Of a stretch of 64,000 bases of DNA, positions 59,652 to 64,000 are shown piece by piece. Source of the stretch: an uncultured virus (IMG/VR IMGVR_UViG_3300023198_000928) (taxonomy: Duplodnaviria > Heunggongvirae > Uroviricota > Caudoviricetes); the IMG/VR virus record IMGVR_UViG_3300023198_000928; one strand, given 5' to 3'. The number at the start of each line of letters is the position of its first letter. Positions within the stretch are counted from its first letter, which is position 1. Position numbers and translations under genes: made by a program. A model generated the notes under the pieces. That model saw only the letters and a program-made list of their open reading frames with translations. It had not been told where the DNA came from and ran no database searches.

Positions 59652-60545
59652 TTATATTATTCTATATGGGTTCTCAAGATAATCATAATCTTTTGAACTA
59701 TCATAAACTTTTTTTCTCCAATCATTATATCTAGCATGTAAAATACCTTCTGTAGATATCCAAATCTTTATAGGATACCCCTCAACTAGGGAAGGACCTT
59801 CAGGAGTAACTACCATCAATTTCTTACTTACCACTTTAGTACCTAATTTTCCCATAAGATATCTGTAAATCTCCATTTGTACACTATAATGGAAATAGTT
59901 ACAATCCATTAATTTGCTAAACGGCCCGTACATATGTTTATACTTCTTAGTAAATCTATTGTAAAAACTCTTCATCTCTAAAGGCTTCTTCAAAAATTTA
60001 TAATCTAATATAATATATTCAGATGAATCTTCGTTCTTTATTAATAAATCTACTTGTCCTGCTAATCTAAATGTTGTGGAGTATACAAGTAATTCAGTTT
60101 TAGCAAGAATATATTTCTCAGATAGTCTCTTGTGTATTCTCTCGACATATCTAGTTTTTATATTATCTGGCCCCGGCATTGGCCATTTATTCCATAGGGA
60201 TTCTCCATATGCGTGAAGTAAAGTACCTTCCTCACTAGCAATATCACCCAGCATTTCCCAGCTATAAGCCAGTTGTTGCCAGGTGATCGGTAGTTTGTGC
60301 TTCTTTATATATTTCTTTGCTTGTGGAATTGTATCAAACTCCTCATGCAAATCTTTTATAATACCAGTTGGAGATTGAAAAGCAAATTTAGATTCTTCAA
60401 AAGGTACTATCTTGTTATCTATTATATCATCTTTATGAAAATACTTGTGACCCTCCTCTATAAAAAATACATTTCCATTCGGAGAAATATTATCACATTC
60501 TATACCTTCACAATATAACTTGGGTCTCCAGTCATCTATTAACAT
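59652..60545 (-). CDS. PD-(D/E)xK nuclease
   Basis: EEGHKY, GTLLH, E..V..LAGQVDLL, ILDYK, YSVQ..IY. Confidence 0.85.
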   Translation of the reverse strand: MLIDDWRPKLYCEGIECDNISPNGNVFFIEEGHKYFHKDDIIDNKIVPFEESKFAFQSPTGIIKDLHEEFDTIPQAKKYIKKHKLPITWQQLAYSWEMLGDIASEEGTLLHAYGESLWNKWPMPGPDNIKTRYVERIHKRLSEKYILAKTELLVYSTTFRLAGQVDLLIKNEDSSEYIILDYKFLKKPLEMKSFYNRFTKKYKHMYGPFSKLMDCNYFHYSVQMEIYRYLMGKLGTKVVSKKLMVVTPEGPSLVEGYPIKIWISTEGILHARYNDWRKKVYDSSKDYDYLENPYRII

Positions 60546-60571
60546 ATTATTCTTATTAACTTATTTTATTT

Positions 60572-61963
60572 TTAGTACTTAGCTGGAGGTTTTACCCACT
60601 CACTTCTTTGTACTCCTGTATTTACTCTAAAAGGATTATTACTTGCAGGAACCGCATTCCTAAAAGGAGATCCTGGTCTCTTGACTGGAAGTGCTCTAGC
60701 TGGAGGAGGAGTTCCTGGATTTGAATAAACAGGTGGCGCTGGAGAATCTGCTCCATACATTTCATAGTTTACAGAATTCATTGGCCCTTTATCTCTGTTC
60801 ATATACATATTATATGCAGCTTTTGATTTTGGTCCCCATACCCCATCAACTTTTCCTTTATATCTTCCATCAGCTTGCATTCTAGCTTGTAATCTAGAGA
60901 TAGCTCTAGCATCTGTAGGGACAATAGAATCTACACTTATCATACCTCCTTGCTGCATTTTAGGATAAAAAATACCTCCATTGTGGTATCTTCCAATATA
61001 TTCTTCTCTTCTAGCGCGATCTGCTCTTCTATCTGCACGTCTTTCTTCTCTTGGAAGTTCTCTTCGTTCTGCTCTATCTGCACGTCTACTGTCACGTCTC
61101 GCGCGTCTAAAGTCATCTCTAGAATACTTTTCATCATCGTCATAACCTAATAAGCCTTCTTTTTCGAATATCTCATCTTGTAATTTTTTCAGATCAGCGG
61201 CTTGATCAGCTTTTTTCTGTAATTCTACTTCTGAAGGTGCTGCTACTACGCTAGTCCCTTTATTATTTTTAAATTTTTCATATGCTTCTTCAGTCTTTAC
61301 TCCCCACATTCCATCAATCTTACCCTTGTAAGTTCCATTTACAGACATTTTTTGCTGGATTCTAGCTACTTTAAGCATTTGTGCAACCATGTTATCATCG
61401 TACTTAGACTTGATAATCTTTTCTACTACTGCAGGGTCCATTCCTCCTGTTTTAAATCCTTCAGAAGTTCTATCTGCATTAGGTTTATCTGCTCCTTCTC
61501 CTGAAGTTTTACTTTTTTCAGGTTTTGCTGCTCCACTTCCAATAGGTGTTGTAGTTATAGGTTCATCACTTTTTTGAGGGATAGCAAATGCTGGGGCCAG
61601 TGTTGTTGGTACTTTGCTTGCAGGAGGTATAGGAAATCCCGGAGCTGGGGTTGTTGGTACTACACTTGCAGAAGGTTTAGTTACAGCGCCAGGTGGCGTA
61701 GTTGGTATCGGTGTTACTCTTGGTCTACTTCTGAAGTACTCAGGATATAAACTATTATACATAGCATCAGGATCTTTTGCTGGGAATGGATCATATGCTA
61801 CAGGTCCTAGTCCTTCATTAGGATCACTTGCCTGTACAGGTCCTAGATCTGCGGTAGAAGGCGAGTCTGCTGCAGGTGCAAAATATGAATTTAGCCCAAA
61901 AGGATCGCTTGCCGTAGCTCCTCCACCTTGCATTTTCGCTACTTTATTTTTGTAAAAAATCAT
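60572..61963 (-). CDS. Pro-rich putative cargo protein with two peptidoglycan-binding-like domains
   Basis: IQQKM..Y.GKIDGMWGVKTEEAY and LQARM..Y.GKVDGVWGPKSKAAY; KMQGGG, FKTGG, YHNGG, KMQQGG tags. Confidence 0.7.
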   Translation of the reverse strand: MIFYKNKVAKMQGGGATASDPFGLNSYFAPAADSPSTADLGPVQASDPNEGLGPVAYDPFPAKDPDAMYNSLYPEYFRSRPRVTPIPTTPPGAVTKPSASVVPTTPAPGFPIPPASKVPTTLAPAFAIPQKSDEPITTTPIGSGAAKPEKSKTSGEGADKPNADRTSEGFKTGGMDPAVVEKIIKSKYDDNMVAQMLKVARIQQKMSVNGTYKGKIDGMWGVKTEEAYEKFKNNKGTSVVAAPSEVELQKKADQAADLKKLQDEIFEKEGLLGYDDDEKYSRDDFRRARRDSRRADRAERRELPREERRADRRADRARREEYIGRYHNGGIFYPKMQQGGMISVDSIVPTDARAISRLQARMQADGRYKGKVDGVWGPKSKAAYNMYMNRDKGPMNSVNYEMYGADSPAPPVYSNPGTPPPARALPVKRPGSPFRNAVPASNNPFRVNTGVQRSEWVKPPAKY

Positions 61964-61996
61964 AATTTATTAAATTTAATGTTAGTATATACACTA

Positions 61997-62692
61997 CTAT
62001 AATACTCTATTTAATAATAAAAATATTACTGAGTCTGAATCTTCTTTATCTAGGAGCACCTTTCTACCTCTAGAGTTTAATCTTTTTTTATCAATATTTT
62101 TTCTAATGAATGGATTACTTAATGAATAGGAGATATAAATTTTATAGTTATTTTTAATATTATTAATAACTTCTTCACTAATAGTTACTTTTTTACCTAT
62201 TAATAATATATTTTTCGTATCTTGATTAATTAAATTAAATCCTTCAGGGCTAATATATCCTAACATCTTTAAAATTTCTATAGCTATATTATAAAGAGAG
62301 TAGTCATTTTGATTAATTTCCCATAATGCAATTGGATCATCCACTTCTAGTACTCGTGATTTGTGTAATTCTCGGACCATCTCTGTCAACGTAATATAAG
62401 GAATTACTCTACCTTTATCTACCTTTTCTATAAACTCATCAAATTTTCCTCCAGGTTTAAACCATTCTGTACCACCATTTCCTTTATATCTAGGATGTTG
62501 AATTCTATTCTGCCTATACATAAAATGAAGATCACTTTCAATATCTCTACTAATTAAAGCAATAGGTATTACCTCATTACGAATACATAATGATTTAAAA
62601 CGCTGATGTGGGGAGGTTGTCTTTCCTATCTTATAGATTTTTTCTTTAAGATCTTTCAAGACATAGGTATATACTAATTTCTTAGTACTCAT
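61997..62692 (-). CDS. T5orf172/Mug113 GIY-YIG-like nuclease domain protein
   Basis: YVL..YKIGKT..P..R..L, E..LH..Y...R, EWF. Confidence 0.8.
   Translation of the reverse strand: MSTKKLVYTYVLKDLKEKIYKIGKTTSPHQRFKSLCIRNEVIPIALISRDIESDLHFMYRQNRIQHPRYKGNGGTEWFKPGGKFDEFIEKVDKGRVIPYITLTEMVRELHKSRVLEVDDPIALWEINQNDYSLYNIAIEILKMLGYISPEGFNLINQDTKNILLIGKKVTISEEVINNIKNNYKIYISYSLSNPFIRKNIDKKRLNSRGRKVLLDKEDSDSVIFLLLNRVL
61998..62006 (-). promoter_or_regulatory. putative late promoter motif AGTATTATA
   Basis: exact copy overlapping upstream stop codon, 35 nt before ATG 61963. Confidence 0.55.
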
Positions 62693-62700
62693 ATATAGGG

Positions 62701-63534
62701 TTACTTAGTTCGAAATGGTTTATCCTCGCCTATAGTGTTAATTTTCTTCTTTAATATTACAATCTCATCTTTTAATTCTTCAATATATGCAAGTAATTCT
62801 AAAATTCTAGTAGTCTGTTCTTGAATAGTAGTATTCTTATCTGACTCTGATTGTCTAGCTTCTTCAAGTTCTTCCTCTAAATCAAGTTGACGTCTTACTA
62901 ATCTGCTTTTAGAATCTAACATTATTCCTTCAACATCTAATGCATATATACCATCTTCATCAGAATCAATCACATACCCAAGAGTATCTAATTCATCTAT
63001 AGACTTTCTTATAGCTTTCCTACTCATACCAGTCTCCTTCATTAATTCTTTTATATTACCTATATTAGTAATTCTATAGGTACCCAACATTATAATCTTA
63101 AGGATCAACGCTTTAGCTGGATTAGATATATCTGATCTAGATATATAAGAATATGTTATAATCTGATAAGTCTCAGAAAGTTTTAAAATATTGGCAATAT
63201 AAGCTTTACCGGATCTTCCTTTATTGATAGTAGTGATTATTTTTCTATCTTCAAGATCTTTAATTGCTCTATTAATAGTTCTTTTGCTAAATTGAAGCAC
63301 TCTAGCAATATCAGACGTTTTTGTAATTCGTCTAGGTCGTTTTCTTTTGAACCACAGGTCAGTATACTGATCCATATCAATATACGCTAATACTAAGAGA
63401 CTAGTGGTACTTAGGTAGTCTAGTTTAATAGTTACCCGTGAATGTAATCCATAATCAATAATTGAATCCCCTCGATGAAGATTAATTTTAAACTTAAATT
63501 GATTATCTAGGCCTTTCTTTTTATTTATACTCAT
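62701..63534 (-). CDS. tandem winged-HTH DNA-binding protein with coiled coil (RepL-like)
   Basis: DIARVLQFSKRTINRAIKDLEDRKII and ELMKETGMSRKAIRKSIDELDTLGYV. Confidence 0.75.
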   Translation of the reverse strand: MSINKKKGLDNQFKFKINLHRGDSIIDYGLHSRVTIKLDYLSTTSLLVLAYIDMDQYTDLWFKRKRPRRITKTSDIARVLQFSKRTINRAIKDLEDRKIITTINKGRSGKAYIANILKLSETYQIITYSYISRSDISNPAKALILKIIMLGTYRITNIGNIKELMKETGMSRKAIRKSIDELDTLGYVIDSDEDGIYALDVEGIMLDSKSRLVRRQLDLEEELEEARQSESDKNTTIQEQTTRILELLAYIEELKDEIVILKKKINTIGEDKPFRTK

Positions 63535-63558
63535 AATCTATAATTTATATACAAGATA

Positions 63559-63566
63559 CAAAATTA
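63559..63566 (-). promoter_or_regulatory. Bacteroidota sigma-A -7 element (TAnnTTTG)
   Basis: TAATTTTG on minus strand 25 nt upstream of ATG 63534. Confidence 0.45.
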
Positions 63567-63592
63567 ACAGTAATGAAGCAATAAAAAACAGC

Positions 63593-63700
63593 ACTTTTTG
63601 TCGCTAAATAAACTACGAATATTTAAGTCAGAAAAATGATGAATTAATAAAATAAAAGGGAACTTTTGGCGCCAATAAGTGAACCTTTTGTCGCTGATTA
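63593..63700 (+). repeat. three iteron-like direct repeats, core TTTTG(T/G)CGC(T/C)
   Basis: cores at 63596, 63664, 63686 (spacing 68 and 22). Confidence 0.6.
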
Positions 63701-63832
63701 AATCGCTTAGCCCTTAGTATCATTGGCCGGAGCGCTCCTCTAACAGTATAACAGGGTGAACTCCACCGATTTTCACAATTGTTCTCCCCCGCAGGGGTTG
63801 TAAAATCGACGCAGTCCTAACCATCCACCCTT

Positions 63833-63842
63833 TAAATTTGCA
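63833..63842 (+). promoter_or_regulatory. Bacteroidota sigma-A -7 element TAAATTTGCA
   Basis: matches TAnnTTTG, faces divergent gene at 63945. Confidence 0.4.
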
Positions 63843-63901
63843 TTTAATCCCTCCTTCCTTTTTAATACTTTAGTCCCTACTTTCTATTTATGATTTTTTA
63901 T

Positions 63902-63910
63902 AGTATTATA
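63902..63910 (+). promoter_or_regulatory. putative late promoter motif AGTATTATA (plus strand)
   Basis: exact copy 35 nt upstream of ATG 63945. Confidence 0.65.
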
Positions 63911-63944
63911 TTATTATAGCTATAACAATTAAATCTATAATATT

Positions 63945-64000
63945 ATGAAATACGATTCACCAAAGACTCCGGCTATTAAGTATGCTAAAGGAGGATTAAT
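63945..64000 (+). CDS. start of divergent gene (partial)
   Basis: MKYDSPKTPAIKYAKGGL; A/T-rich leader; carries KYAKGG tag. Confidence 0.6.
   Translation, partial: MKYDSPKTPAIKYAKGGL

Noticed and set aside
1971..61955. Short plus-strand and off-frame minus-strand ORFs in the track
   Set aside because: All overlap well-supported minus-strand genes and read as antisense or shadow frames
59652..63900. Cas4-like nuclease with mini CRISPR array
   Set aside because: Nuclease lacks the Cas4 four-Cys cluster; repeats at 63.6 kb are short, degenerate and too closely spaced for spacers
63535..63944. tRNA in the divergent intergenic region
   Set aside because: No cloverleaf or T-loop GTTCRA consensus found by eye
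1..64000. Stop-codon reassignment (TAG or TGA recoding known in some crAss-like phages)
   Set aside because: Long conserved genes are intact under the standard code, and TAG (3095, 8350, 52141, 61997) and TGA (58795) sit at plausible gene ends

Overview
The window is the late (virion/packaging/lysis) module of an AT-rich crAss-like phage (Crassvirales-type podovirus), probably infecting a Bacteroidota/Flavobacteriia host (inference). Nearly all real genes are on the minus strand in one tightly packed block. Read 63.5 kb to 0: tandem wHTH (RepL-like) protein, T5orf172 nuclease, PG-binding cargo-like protein, PD-(D/E)xK nuclease, DUF2158, terminase, tandem GroES, portal, hub-like proteins, scaffold, major capsid protein, ring proteins, auxiliary capsid protein, IHF-like proteins, muzzle, a ~33 kb array of fibre/adhesin genes with a lysis cassette inside it, then ejected-cargo-like genes running off the left edge. 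A divergent gene starts at 63945. There are two 100-N scaffold gaps. Most notable: (1) a shared K-[FYM]-x-x-G-G peptide tag on the scaffold and most cargo-like proteins, plus a tag-associated 'E-x-I-F' domain, suggesting an undescribed capsid-loading or maturation system; (2) a strand-specific AGTATTATA promoter motif before late genes in both directions; (3) fibre repeats identical in protein but scrambled at synonymous sites; (4) a Cpn20-like double GroES; (5) a degenerate M23 protein; (6) a sheath-like domain inserted in a small phage protein; (7) iteron-like repeats next to the wHTH gene. All family calls come from motif recognition and synteny, not database searches.
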